DNA from: Catajapyx aquilonaris | Taxonomy: Eukaryota | Assembly: GCA_000934665.2 (NCBI GenBank) | Contig: JYFJ02002621.1 | Location: forward strand, 1-64,000 | Length of the DNA: 64,000 nt | Direction of reading: 5' to 3' | Part shown: positions 28,118-40,945 of the stretch, one piece after another | Layout: every line of letters begins with the position of its first letter | How positions within the stretch are numbered: the stretch's first letter is position 1 | Translations under genes and position numbers: made by a program | Notes under the pieces: generated by a model | The model's database searches: none | The model's input: only the letters and a program-made list of their open reading frames with translations | Told to the model about the DNA's origin: nothing

Positions 28118-30892
28118 TTAAGCGACCTGTGTTGGATTTTCCAGTCTCCCCGAGAATAAAACTATCCCAGATTTTTTGTCCAGGATGAAAAACACAAAGG
28201 GATGATCAGCATAGAATTTTGGCGTATTTCTCGGGTAAATAGGGCCACTTCTACCCACGACTCCAACACCAGTGGCAGCTGCTGCTTCGGTTCCCTTTTC
28301 ATTGCATTCCAGAAATGCTTTCTGCACCACAAATGACACCTGGAGAGCTTCGCTTGCTGTCATTAGGCTCAGGTCAGCGTCCTCAGAGAACATGTCCTTA
28401 ATTCCCATCTGTCAGAAATGGAAAGTTGGGATTGGCATTTCTGATATATTGAGCATATTTGAAAGTGGATAAAATATCCACAGTAAGAAAAAGCGTGGTA
28501 AATTCTTACCCTTTTTAACGGATCGTTCAGCTTCATGTCTGTTTCCATTCTGAATTTGGGAAACCGAACTCTGACAAGTGTGTCCTCTAATTGAGAAATA
28601 AGCTTTTCCAAAGAAACTGATCTCAGTTTTGGAACGAAATCATCTAATCCTTCATTCTCGTTAGGGAGCACCACCAGCATTGAAATGCGATTTCCCTGCA
28701 AATGAAATGCATTAGAACTAGCTAGTAGCCTATTATAGCACTATTGAAGCATCACCTTATAAGGCATCTCGAGAACTTGCGCTCCCAATTCGTTGATTTG
28801 GGCATATTTCATATCGCCGTCTTGGTTCATCATATCCACTTTTATAGTCGATGCGTTCTTGGACAGGTGAAAATCAAATGGGTAAGTAGAGGAGCCTTGA
28901 AACTGCCTAACCCATTCGCCTTTGAAATAGATTCCGTTGACCAGAACCATACGAGTCGTAGGAGTCAAGTCACCTGGAAAAGTGCAAAATGTCCAAAATG
29001 ATTCTGTAAATTCCTCCATGAGACGTATCACACAATATTACAGTTCCTGTTCAGGAACTGTAATATTGTGTGATACGTCTAGGGCACCAAAATATGTCAG
29101 GAAAGTTTGCATAATATCCCGTCGGAAATCTCCCATTTAAAAAAAATAATTATCTGCGAATACTTGACCAGGCATCAGATTTTTTTTTTTTGGTATAGCT
29201 ATGTAGGCCTATTTGGTCATACGAGGATATTGAGGACCTCCTCCTCAATATCCGCTGGCAACCCCATACCTGTTGGGGAAACGCCGCACCGTGAAGAAGA
29301 AGAAGAAGATGATGATGATGATGATCACTGATCAGTGCTTCCCAATTTCTTTCGTTGGCGACCCCAAAAAATCGTCTTGTAAAATTTGCGACCCCCTATG
29401 TGCGCATTTCGATCCGCAAACATGAAAAGACAGGTAAACAGTGAAATGACCTACTTACCTTATGGTCATAATTTTCAAGAAAGATAGCATCATTTTGTGA
29501 AAATAATTTGTTACCCTTCCTCGCGACACCAAATATTATTTTCGCGACCCCAAATGGGGTCGCGACCCACAATTTGGATGATGATGACGATGACGACGAT
29601 GACGACATAATATCCTAAATATGCTGCTATCGGCTGCTATGTAATACAGTAGATACTACAGTTTTATGCTACTTACTTGAGCTGATGAGATTCTTAATTT
29701 TTTCATGCGTCACCTCCTCAACCCATGAATTGATTTTTTGAGCGGTTTCTTCACTCTGACTGAAATCTACATTTTCTGCTTGAGAATGGAAACAATCAGA
29801 CATATGTCTCTGGTATTCAGAAAGAAGAATAAAGTTCTCTCCTAGAAAAATTCGATTGGCCATCTCCAATGTCGCGTCTTTCAGCCTCTGTCAAGAATAC
29901 AAAATGTCTCATGAGTGCCATATCCAGCTTTAAATGGCCAAAATGGGAACTATTCTATACTGATACAGTATTAAAATTAGACTCTCGTATTCTGGCTTAT
30001 CAAGCACCGAGCCAACACATATGAACTTTAATATTGCATAATTCAAAGTTTCAATTTTGATATCCCCCTCATCAGGGTCTGGTAGCTCAGCTCCATAACA
30101 ATTTACGGCTGGAAAAGGGTCAGAATGTTTGTTATTCATTGTTGAAAACAATACTTGACAATAATGAAAAACAAACTTTTCTGGCTCTTTTCCAGCCGGA
30201 ATGTTTTCCTGGATGCCGTGAAACCAGACCCAAGAGGGTCAAGTGTAACTATAATATTGCTACTCTCCCTTTGGCTAGGCAGGTCAAAATCACACAATTT
30301 TCGCAGAGTAGACAGTATTGGTTTGTCTAAACTTGTGCAACACTCCTTTTGAGAGGACTACTAGTCGGCAAAGCAAAAATGTGTCTCGCCAGTTTTGATG
30401 TGCTAAGTTTAACTTGACTTTGAAAATTTATTAGTAACTCAAGTAATTTGTTAAAAATGAAATCAGCTCACCCCAAGAGATTCTGACACTCTCTTGAATC
30501 GAATGCATGCTTTTTGCTTGTTTCCTTCCAGAAGAAATTCATGCTTGATCTGCCCTGCCGTCTTTCCAGATGATCCCATGTAAACCATACCTATTGCTTG
30601 CTCCAGACTGAGCGGTGAGAAGAAGACGTTGTTGGTCCCATCTTGTAACAACTGCCAAAATTAGTGGTTTATTATTTTTTCATCTATCAAAAATGCTGAA
30701 ATATATCGCTTACATTGAGAAGGTCATATGTAACTTTAGAGTTCCCTTCTATTATCCTCTGCCGCCGCTGACCCACCACACAAAGGTACAATGCCGTAAA
30801 CAATATAACTGAAGAAAAAACGTAGGTGATAATGATCAAGTTTCGAAGTTTGGAAGAAAAAATGGCAAGACCAACTAACCTGAAAGTCGCAT
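28118..30892 (-). CDS. Serpin G, secreted, predicted trypsin-type inhibitor (RCL EKGTEAAAATGVGVVGR|S, P1 Arg)
   Basis: Exons 30892-30880, 30808-30714, 30651-30472, 29887-29677, 28973-28756, 28695-28510, 28408-28118. Canonical hinge and FYADHPF. Confidence 0.94.
29232..29606 (+). mobile_element. RTE-like LINE 3' tail interrupted by a hAT-like MITE (29332-~29578), in an intron of serpin G
   Basis: ACCCCA..TGGGGA stem then a (GAA)n(GAT)n tail. The tail is split by a CAGTGCTTCCCAA...gggtcgcgacccacaatttgg element and resumes as (GAT/GAC)n at ~29578. Confidence 0.6.
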
Positions 30893-31387
30893 TGTGCTTC
30901 TGCACCCTAAAGCTGCAGCACTATGAGTGATTCGGAAATAAAGAGTGTTAATCTCTTGGCCTTCAGCACTCACTTCCTCTAAGGGTATGTAGATAAAACT
31001 GAAAGTATCGCTGTCACACACTAAACTAGATAGCCGCTATAGGACGAACAGCAGGTAATCGCCCACCAGCACTATAACTAAGAATAACTTTCCCAACATT
31101 CTAAACTTACCGTCAAACGGGGTTACTTAAGCCAGGTGGGTAACTTAAGCCATTTTGCTGCGTAAATTTCGGACACTGATTTTGGCAACACTGTTTTGAG
31201 TTGAAATGTTATTTTTCATGACATAAGTTCCATATTTTAGTGAAGTTTTGGACTGCATATTTGAATATTGTGTTTGTGTCAAAGGTAACTTTGTAAAATC
31301 TTAATTATGTTTAGGATAATTGCATCATAAATTTATACCCTACGTAACTTTCATCGCCAACATCTTCTGTTTGAATTTAATTAGCTG

Positions 31388-31720
31388 CCGCGCCGGATTT
31401 ACCATTGGGCAGAGTAGGAAATTGCCTAGGGGCGGCCGCAAGTTGCAATAAATATTTTTCAAATAGGCCCTACAATAATAAGAAATAAAGGCGAAATCAT
31501 TTAAAAATTTCAAAAATTTCGTCGGGGGGTTCCCATTTCCGGATTTGCCACTATCCGGGGGTGGCCGTAAGTTTAAAGAGTTGGAATATAAAATTTGTAT
31601 AAAATAAAATGAAATGAAGGAGAGAACTCGACAAAAAAAATGAATTTTTAAGCGGCATTGGGGGGCGGGGGGCGGATCTCAACTGCCTAGGGGCGGCCGA
31701 GGGGGTATAAATCCGGCACT
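31388..31720. mobile_element. hAT-like MITE
   Basis: Imperfect TIRs ccgcgccggattta / taaatccggcactg and an internal repeat tgcctaggggcggccg at both ends. No clean TSD. Confidence 0.6.
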
Positions 31721-32279
31721 GGTTGTACACCAAAAACATCACCTGTGCCGCCATAGGTGAGCAAGGAAATCAATGTTAAACCCAATGTCCACCCCCATGA
31801 AGTGTGTAGTCGAAGCGGTACATAAAAATATGCTGCAAAATCTTGCAGAAAGCAAGCCACTTTGCACACACGTTCCATAGACCAAGACGATCCATTTGAC
31901 CCGCAGCACCCTGACCCCTGACCTTGTGGGGTCAAATGGGGGCCATTTTTGAAAAAAATGTCATGTATTTTTTGTAAATTCCAAATTGCCTCTCCATAGC
32001 AATGTTGGTGTCATTTCCGCATATTTCGAGGTCGACAAGTCGATTGGTACCATGAAGGATGTCATAAGGTCACTAGTTTGTGTCCTATGACCTCCGTTTT
32101 GAAATTACCCTACTGGGTTATGTCTAATGGTATTTGCGACTAAAAGGTGGCATGTGAGGTATCGTTTAGATATAATTTGATGTCACTGAAACCGAAAACG
32201 ACAAAATAAAATTCGGAATCATGCATCCGGTGACCTGTGGGGCGCCATATTGGGTTTCAACTTAAACCCTTTGGTGGGG

Positions 32280-32528
32280 AATGAACTGGTCATATTGATC
32301 CCTTTACCGCTATTTTAGGCGGTAAAGGCCAATTTTGCATATCCCGTAGTTTCCAATCGATTTTGTTCAGATTTATTGGGTACGTAGCCCACCCCAATGG
32401 GTGCAAAACGTGCATAAAATGAACTGGTCATATTGATCCCTTTACCGCTATTTTAGGCGGTAAAGGCCAGTTTTGCATATCCCGTAGTTTCCAATCGATT
32501 TTCTTCAAATTTGTTGGGTGGGTAGCCA
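32280..32528. repeat. tandem direct repeat, two ~110-bp copies (period ~139)
   Basis: aatgaactggtcatattgatccctttaccgctattttaggcggtaaaggcc... at 32280 and 32419. Confidence 0.85.
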
Positions 32529-34320
32529 AAAGGGTTGGGCAAAATGATTAACAGTAGGCCTACAGTAAAACTTCTATAAGTCGAATCTCCATGGGACCGG
32601 GAAAAACCTCGAGTTATAGAAGATTCGAGTTAGAGAAGTTTGGCTTTTTAAAAGCACAGAACTCTATAAGGAAGCCTACCTTTATATCCCGCGATGAAAG
32701 GTGTTCAAAACTTAAAAATAACTCTCACTATCACTCTTACAATGTTCCTCGTTGTTTTGGTGTAAAAAAAAAAAATCTCCGTTGTGGACATTTGCCTACT
32801 CTTAGATTCAAGGATTCAATTGTCACAATCGAGCCTCAAACTCTTCTTTCGGTACGTCTGGTAGACGGAGATCAGGAAATTGAGGCTTTCTGTACATGTG
32901 GCCTACTCTCGACCCTTCGGCTGGGAAATGAGACAATATTCCGTACTCGCCAACATGAACTTGGACTTAGGGAGACTGAAAATGCATTGATATCCCATCG
33001 TAAGGCCCTGCCTGCACTTCGAGTTATAGAAATTCGAGTTAGGGAAGTTTATTTCCTATTATTTTACATTGTGACCAACCAAGCTCGTCATTTTATTCGA
33101 GTTGTAGAGATCCGGTACCTCATGCTGTACCCCTTGTAGCCTCGTACCTCTGATATATAAGGTACGCCTGGTAATTTTTAAGAGGGACGCCCATTTGCGG
33201 CCCATGTAAAGGGTACATGGTGTAAATTAGGGGGTACTTAAGAGGTACCCTTGGTTAATAAAGGGTACGAAGATTTGGTACCTCTTGTTAGTACCTGATA
33301 AACGGCGTCGTATTATGAGGTACTATATCGCCCAAAAAGATAGAGACGATTTTGCATTTGACTCAAGTGCAACTTGCACTTGAATCAAATGCCAATCGTC
33401 TCTATCTTTTTGAGCGATATAGTACATATCACGTGATGCGCGGGGAGATGCGCAGACCAGGACATGTCACGTGATGCACAACTGCACATGCGCAGAAGTC
33501 TCGAACTTGGCCTCGAACATTCTGAAGTGGCCATCTTGTCATGTTATGTGAGAAGTGTGATGCTCGCCTTCCCCGCGGCTCTTGCGCTCTGTCACCCTAT
33601 CGGCCCATCATATAATTATATCCCGGCAGGGGTGATGAGCACCTAGGGTTAGTTACGATGTAGTCGGGAGCACAGTTTACAAGAAGAGTGTCAAGGAAAA
33701 TAACAAGCTGCAAGCCTGCAACCCCGACCAAAGACATCAACTCTCATCGCACGCATCTGGTCATTAGCTCTTGATCTGGTATACGCATTTTCACGACCGG
33801 CCTACAGTGCTGGCCATTACCAGGAGTGAATAAGCCATTACCAGCAGTGCATGCAGTTTGAGGCTGGGACGTGGATGCTCAGAACCTGGTAAGCTTGTAT
33901 ATGTGTGTTTGCTAGACTTCATAAAATGTCCGAAGCAGTGTAGGTGATGCATTTTCAATAGAAACCACATTATTAAGGCAGAACTGCCTTAATAATGTGG
34001 TTTCTATTGAAAATGATGTTAACGGCATGGGCCATGGGAGAACAACTTTGTTCTCCCATGGCCCATATGCCGTTAACATCATTCATTGTCATTCCAGCCC
34101 CTTATCGGCTGTCATGGTCAATAGTGTATTAGTGCTGGAGATGTGAGTGGTGTCAATAATAAATGTATAGAATCCTCATTGCACGTTATGTTTTGTGCAC
34201 CCCCAGAATGGTGTATTTGCACACACCCAGTTTAACACAGTGTGAAAACAATTGTATTAAAGCATTGATAAGGCACATGACAATTTTAAATTAAATTTGC
34301 AGATTACAAGAGAGGATGTA

Positions 34321-37300
34321 ATGGCATCTTCACATTCACGACAGTTCTTCAAGGTGTGCCGTGGCACTGTTAAAAAAGCCATAGTGGCAGACACCATAGA
34401 GGAAATAAAAAAGAAAGGTATGCCAGCATAGTTAACCCCAATGGCTATGACTCAGCTATATAATTTTTTTTGTTATTCGCAGCCAAGAAGGCGCTCAACT
34501 TGGCGGAGAACAGTCCAATTGCTGTTTTCCTTGATGATGGCACAGAAATAGATGAGGAGGATATCTTGCCATTCCTCGTACAAGGCACACAACTATATAC
34601 CTTCTTCATGCAGATGACAATGTACGTTGAATTGTTAATTCTGGAGCTTTGGGTAGGCCTACTGCCATATGGAACATGTAAAATCTGTATAAATCAAACT
34701 TCTTCATCTCAAAGTGTTCACTAAGGTGAACAAAATTAGACAGGACTTATCTCAAAAAATTAGGATTTCCACTTCTAGAGGATTTAGCTGGTGGGTGTTA
34801 TATAGCTTGATGGATATAGATAACAGAATACTGTAACGCAATACAAGCTGAAGGAATATGAGTGTTGTGTTCTTGATAAATAAAGGTTCATTAATGCCAA
34901 TGAAACAAGTAGACAATCACATGCCTAGTAGCCTACATCACCCCAACAACACCCACAAAAACCAATATAAGCAATAGGAGGCAATCAAGATTTTGAGAAT
35001 GTTGGTCATAGTTACAATAATATTACATAACAGTGCCATGTGGCATTACGAAAAGAATGAAGTTACACTTTAGTCACACTTACGACAAATCTTGTGGATC
35101 ATGCCATAGCATCAAATTCAAAGCATATGCACAAAGACACCCTGACCTCAGCAAGTCATCCTAAAATAACTTGCCAATTCTGGGCATGCCTTTTGCCTGA
35201 ATGAGGGTGGTTACTTAATTGTGATATTCTCACATCATAAGGCAGAAGGTATGCATTGAGATGTATTATTGTTGTGTGCAATAGTAACTTTGTGATTCCA
35301 GTCACTATCCTAGCTTGGGCTGTAAGCTGATGCTGTACAAATTATTTTTGTTCTTGAAGATATGACCAACCAATTAGTGGCTGGTCTGATTAACCACAGT
35401 GTCCCAATCATTCGCATTCGTAGGATTTCACTAGACTCATTTCTTCCTTTCAACAGAAACCATGGCAATCTAAGAAAAGCACGGATGATGCATCGCCTAT
35501 GCTGGTGGACAAGAACAGCATCGCAGCAGGTAATTTGCTAGTAGTAATTTAAAGAGAGTAGTAGTTTACCAGAACTAACCTATAGTTCTGGTCAGGTTCT
35601 GGTAGTCATTTGCTAGTATTATAATAAGCCATATTTAACCCTTTGACGGCGGAGTTTTTTCGGCTGTTTTCCTGGTGTAATGTCAGCCTCCGTCAACATC
35701 ACTCTTTACTGCTTCAGTTTACCTAGATTGTCATATCTCCTTTTAAAATACTCTCTGGTGCTATTATTTTATGTACTGTCAACATAATTATAAGTTTCTA
35801 CGCCATGCATATATAGTGTATCAAGAGGCATAGTGTATCAAGAGGCATAGTGTATCAATGCAGATATGTTAGTCAGATGAAATGCAAATTTTCCTTGTGT
35901 TCATTTAGATGAAACTGACATGATCGTTGATGAGATTTATGAGCAAGCCCGAAATCGGTATTCAGCGCCAGCCGACCAAGGAGTAGCCGCTGGTCAACTA
36001 CATCCAGCAGCTGCCTCATCCAGCAAAGTATGGCAGCATAAATGTATAGAATGTGGATTCTTCACTCAGAAGTATTACACATTTGTCAACCATATGAGTA
36101 CTATAATCACTGTTCAAGGCGTATTCCTCTCATGTGCTCCCGATGTGATACGAGGTTTAAGTTTCTTGCAAACTACAAAGCCCACCACCATACATGTGTA
36201 TCCAATATCACTGATCGTTTACCCTTGCCATTTGACGAGTCAGACGTGGTATGCAATAATGACATTGACAGTGAGCAAATGACCATTGATGACATTGACG
36301 ACATTGACAGGCTAGTGAGTCTTGCCGTAAACTTGAAGGGCACCACAGGGTACCAAAGGTAGCAGTTGACAGTGTTATTTCAGGTGTGAGGGACATGTTT
36401 GCTGAGAAAGGTATCTCATTGGACACCTCTTTCATTCGATCAGATAAGGCTCGAAAGAAATTCTATTCTGCAAAAGGACTGTATATACATACCACCAAAA
36501 GAGGTCATCTTGGAGGGTGGTGGAAAGGCATACATCATTCCAATGAAAGAGCTCCTTAAGCATTTGCTGAGCCACCCTGACTTTGCTACCTATTTTCAGA
36601 AAGGGTCTTCATGTTCACCCGATTCTGCTTTGATAGATTACTCTGATGGAACGCGTATGCTGTCACACCCCTTAGTAAAGCAACATAAATCACACCTCAT
36701 TCAAATTGTCCTGTACTGCGATGATGTTGAACTTGCTAATGCTCTGGGGATGAAAAGGGGGAACCGAGGCAAACTGACAATGTTTTACATTATGTTTCTG
36801 AATGTCCCACCTTCAGAAAGATCCAAGCTGAACAACATTTTCTTGATTGCTGTAGGTCATGCTCATGACCTGCAGTCAATGTCAAACAGAGAATTGTTGT
36901 TGGCTGATGCTATCAATACAATCAATGAGTTAGCTACTGAAGGCATTGTGTTTGACACATACAGTGTGGGACAGACCAAGTTTTATGGCTTTTTAGTAGC
37001 ATTTATTGGTGACGCATTAGCATGCAATGGCATTGCAGGTTTTAAGCAGTCTTTTGGGCCAAATGTTCGAAGAGGTTGCAGAACATGCAATTTAAATTGC
37101 AAAGACTTTTCAAAGTATATGTATCACTTTAAGTGCCCTTTAAGAACTGACAATGAAATTGCTGAACAAGTTAAGAAATTACAAGCATGTACTTCCATTA
37201 CTGAAAGGAAAGAGATGTCCTCAACATATGGCATTAATGGCAGGTCAGTTTTGGCATCATTTCCATACTTCTCCCTCACTCAAGATTTGCTGTACGATCC

Positions 37301-40300
37301 AATGCACATCCTTTTGGAGGGTATTGTTCCCAAGGAAATCTCCCTTTTCCTAAAATTATGTGTCCACACTATAGGCAGTGGTTCACAAGGGCACAATTAA
37401 ATGATGCTCTATTGCTCTTACTGCCTTTCCATATCACAAGTCAATAAGTACCAGTGACTACCCTCGTCACTTTGAAAGTGACTTGATGATGGTGTCGTCT
37501 GCAAGTTCTGCACTGGTGCTTGTGTTACACTTACCACTTATTCTGGATCGCTATATTGCATCAGAGAAGCACAAAGAAGTGGCATGCTTGTTGCAACTGT
37601 GCCAAATTGTGCAAATGGTTCTGTCAGTCTTGTCACCAGTGCTGACTCCCGAGTCTTTTATTGCTCTGGAAACACTGGTAGCTAGCCACAATTTGAAGTT
37701 TATCCAGTGTTATAAAGCTAAATCATACACACCCAAATTTCACATGCTGGTACATCTTGTGAAGCAAGTAAAAGAATTCGGCCCTGCTAGGCACCATTGG
37801 GCGATGCGGTTTGAAGGCAACAATGCCCTCCCCAAGGGCAAAAAGTTCAACAATTTCAAAAATGTACCTTTTTCTGTGAGTGAATTTTATCAGGTGAACA
37901 TGTCATATCATTTGTGGGATGAAAGTGGGAGACCAAAGAGAGTAAAAGAAAGCAGAAATATTGTTGAAGGTAAACCAATTATTCTGAGTGATCCCCAGTT
38001 AGTGCCTGCATCTCTAAACAGTGATGCTGGTGTTGTGCATCTCTCCTTTCCCTCAGCAATAGTGAAAAATGTTGTGCTCAGGAAGGGAGATGTGATCACA
38101 GTTGGCTTGCCAACTGAAGATCCCAAATTTGTGAGCATATGTCAAATTGTTTTGCTGAATGGCGAAGTTCATTTTTTGTGTAAATTAATGTATCTTATCA
38201 AGTTCCTTGCCAAAGCCAACTGTTTTGTTTTGGGCCAAACTAGCCACACCTGCACCTTTCTTTCCAAAGACCTTCTGTACCCATGGCCACTCTACACCTA
38301 TGTCATGGGAAGAGACATATGTGCAATCCCACAATGTATCCATTTTTCTGGTAACCTCTTAAGATCTTAGCATTGATTTTCATTAAAGTGCTTAATTATG
38401 TTTTATTTCTTTACGTGCAAGCTGCCAATTGTTTGTTATTACCATTTCAGGAACGACGCCTGCCGGGAAAGTTTGTGTTGCCCTCATTTTCCTTGTATGT
38501 GCAACCATTGCTAAATGGTACGTTAGCAAGGAAAGAGTAACAGAAAGGATTTAGTGACCAACTGAAAAATGAAACTATACATTACCTGGAGTAAGTAATC
38601 TACTACCAGAGACTGCTGCTGTTTCATCATGTGGGTATAGCAATCTTTATTGTATTTTTCAGTGAGTCAAACTTCATAGAAGTTGGATCAAGTGCATCAA
38701 GGCGGTGGGATTACAACGACTTGGGGGCAGCAATTGCTGACAAGTATCCCGATATGCTGTGGGATTCCCCAAAGCCAGGGACCAAAGCATGTGGAAAAGC
38801 ACGGAAACATGCCTGGGTAAATAATTCAAACAAATCATGAAAAATATACTTTCAAAAAATCTGCTAACAATTATTATGCAGGAAATCCACTCAGATATAA
38901 TGATGGAATAAATTATAGAAAATTGGTGGAGGTCTTGCCATGTTAGTACTTTGGAGCGAGTGCCTATAATTATTTTTTCTGTTCATTCTGCTCTATCATC
39001 TTCATCTATAGAGTCTGTTTATCCACCGGCTCTCACTGAGGAGAAAAGTGTCCCGCCTCAGGAGGAAGAAAAAATCAGAAAAAGAGATGCCACAGGAAAA
39101 TGAAGCGGCAAGCAGTGGGCAAGAGGAGATGGATGTAGAGAGTGCTCTAAAAGAGCTACAGGTATGCTTAATAATGCACTTAATCTACTTTGCATGTCAT
39201 CAGCTGTAAGCGTTTCAGCAAGGAGTAGGGGAAATTAATTTTCTTAGCTGACCTGCTCTTGTAAATGTTCATTTTCCTTTCTGATATACCAGGGTGTCCC
39301 TTACTAGTCGCCCGTTCGTCCGGCAGTGCTGTAACCCATATTGTTTGAGGTGAAAGTAACAATATGGGTTACGTCACTCCGCGACGACATCGCTCCAATT
39401 CCCTCGTCAAATCGCTCACATGTAAACGCACCTTTAGGCCTATAGCATAATTATGCCATTACACATGCACATGATTGAATTCCTGTGTATCTGAAGAAAA
39501 TGACTCCACTAATAGGCTGTTATTTTATGAAATGTGCTTTTCATTTCTAGGCACTTGAGAAACACAATGCAGTCAATTATGACATTCCATGTGTATCGCG
39601 CATGCTGTCAGTGACATTTTCAAGGCGGATGACCAATGTCGTGGCATCTTATCTGCCAACTTACTTATTGGAATCAGATTTGGTAAGTGCTATTAAATGT
39701 GTATGCAGTTGATACTGCAGTGCCTAACATTTATTCCTTCAATCACATTTTTAGCTCTCTATGAGGTGGAACTCCGGTTCCAAACAAAATTATCTGATAT
39801 GGAGGAGAAGCTGCAGATGGTGAAGCAAGTATTTCAAGATCAATATTCAGCACCTGGTGCTACGTTTATCGATATTGATCACCATCTGCGGCCTATCTTG
39901 GCAGATACCTGCCTCATAACAGAGGTATGTTTGTCTTTACTCACATTTAACTAAGTCTCTCCATACCATAACAGCAATGAGCAGCCTGAATATTATCTTA
40001 GGTCAGGATCACTTTTAATGTTGTAAAGTTAGTGACTTATGTTGGAGCTGCTGATATCTAGTGTGTCTTCCAAACAGTATGTGCAGGTCCACTGTTATTT
40101 TAAAAAAATTAGGAGTGAACATAAGTAGATTTCAGATAGATACTGATCATGGCTTTCATGGTTCATATCACAATTTATTATTGTTGATTAACTCCGATAA
40201 TACCTCCATGGCGCTACCTAGCATGCTGACTTTAGTTGCTTGGTGGCTCTGTTGTTGTCAGGTTATTGCAAATTGAGAAATTGTGTACAATCCGAGCGCA

Positions 40301-40945
40301 ACCTAGCAACTAAACAGTCCGCTCGCTAACACCGCCCACCTGACGCGTCTGAGCGCACTGGTTCCTTGTCTATGAACCCCCTCTATGGCATTTCCGGACA
40401 CAGTTTCCTTTGTCAAATATGTTTGTCTTGGTCCCCTCTATTATACCCCCTACAAGTTTGTCTGCTGAATTCAGAAACACCCTGCATAAGTATTCCCATG
40501 TTATATACTTAACTCTGGTGGGATCCTTGTTTTCAAATGAATTTTTACAGCACATCCCAAGTTATAGTTATTGACAGCATAAATCACTAGATCTATTCCT
40601 AATTTGCAGGCTGAAAAATCAGAGTATGCTGTGGCGATTGCACCAGGGCCACAATTGTTCTTTCCAAAGGATGGTAAGAAACAGATATACGTCAATGATC
40701 CTCCACAGGATGTAATCCTCCGGGAGGACTGTACAGTGGAGAGGGCCCTGATAATGTGCCTGGGGGTATACTACATCGAAGGTCTTGATTACCCAAGCGG
40801 ATTCTCCCAGCTGTTAGGATTGTTACAGATGATGTTGGTACCCAAGGACGAATTTTATAAGGGGTGGATGGCAAGCAAACTAACAGTATTGCTAAATCAT
40901 GTGTCTGGCAGACAGGGGGGGCAGACGAAGAAGAAGAGGAAGTAG
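34321..40945 (+). pseudogene. CIDE-N domain + SAMD3-like transposon accessory gene (spliced, frameshifted)
   Basis: Exons 34321-34417 and 34483-34621 give RQFFKVCRGTVKKAIVADTIEEIKKKA...VFLDDGTEIDEED (CIDE-N pattern). Further exons: 35457-35529, 35909-36027, 38451-38590 (LPGKFVLPSFS), 38663-38816 (YNDLGAAIADKYPDM), ~39011-39161, ~39551-39682, ~39756-39924, 40610-40945 (CLGVYYIEGLDYP...LLQ). Frameshifts near 34598 and 38520-38550. Confidence 0.7.
35909..38370 (+). pseudogene. EnSpm/CACTA-like transposase with N-terminal C2H2 zinc fingers, frameshifted
   Basis: CIEC..VNH and CSRC..KAHHHTC fingers; LYCDDVELANALG, FYIMFLNVPP..RSKLNNIFL, GDALACNGIAGF..CRTC, YGIN, DPMHILLEGIV, TPKFHMLVHL..FGP..W.MRFEG. 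Split over ORFs 35920, 36042, 36399 and 37483. Confidence 0.8.

Noticed and set aside
32591..33139. 182-aa ORF
   Set aside because: Entirely inside a non-autonomous MITE with no transposase motifs.
35808..35858. Three ~17-bp direct repeats (catagtgtatcaagagg)
   Set aside because: Simple tandem duplication with no spacers; not CRISPR, and the context is eukaryotic.
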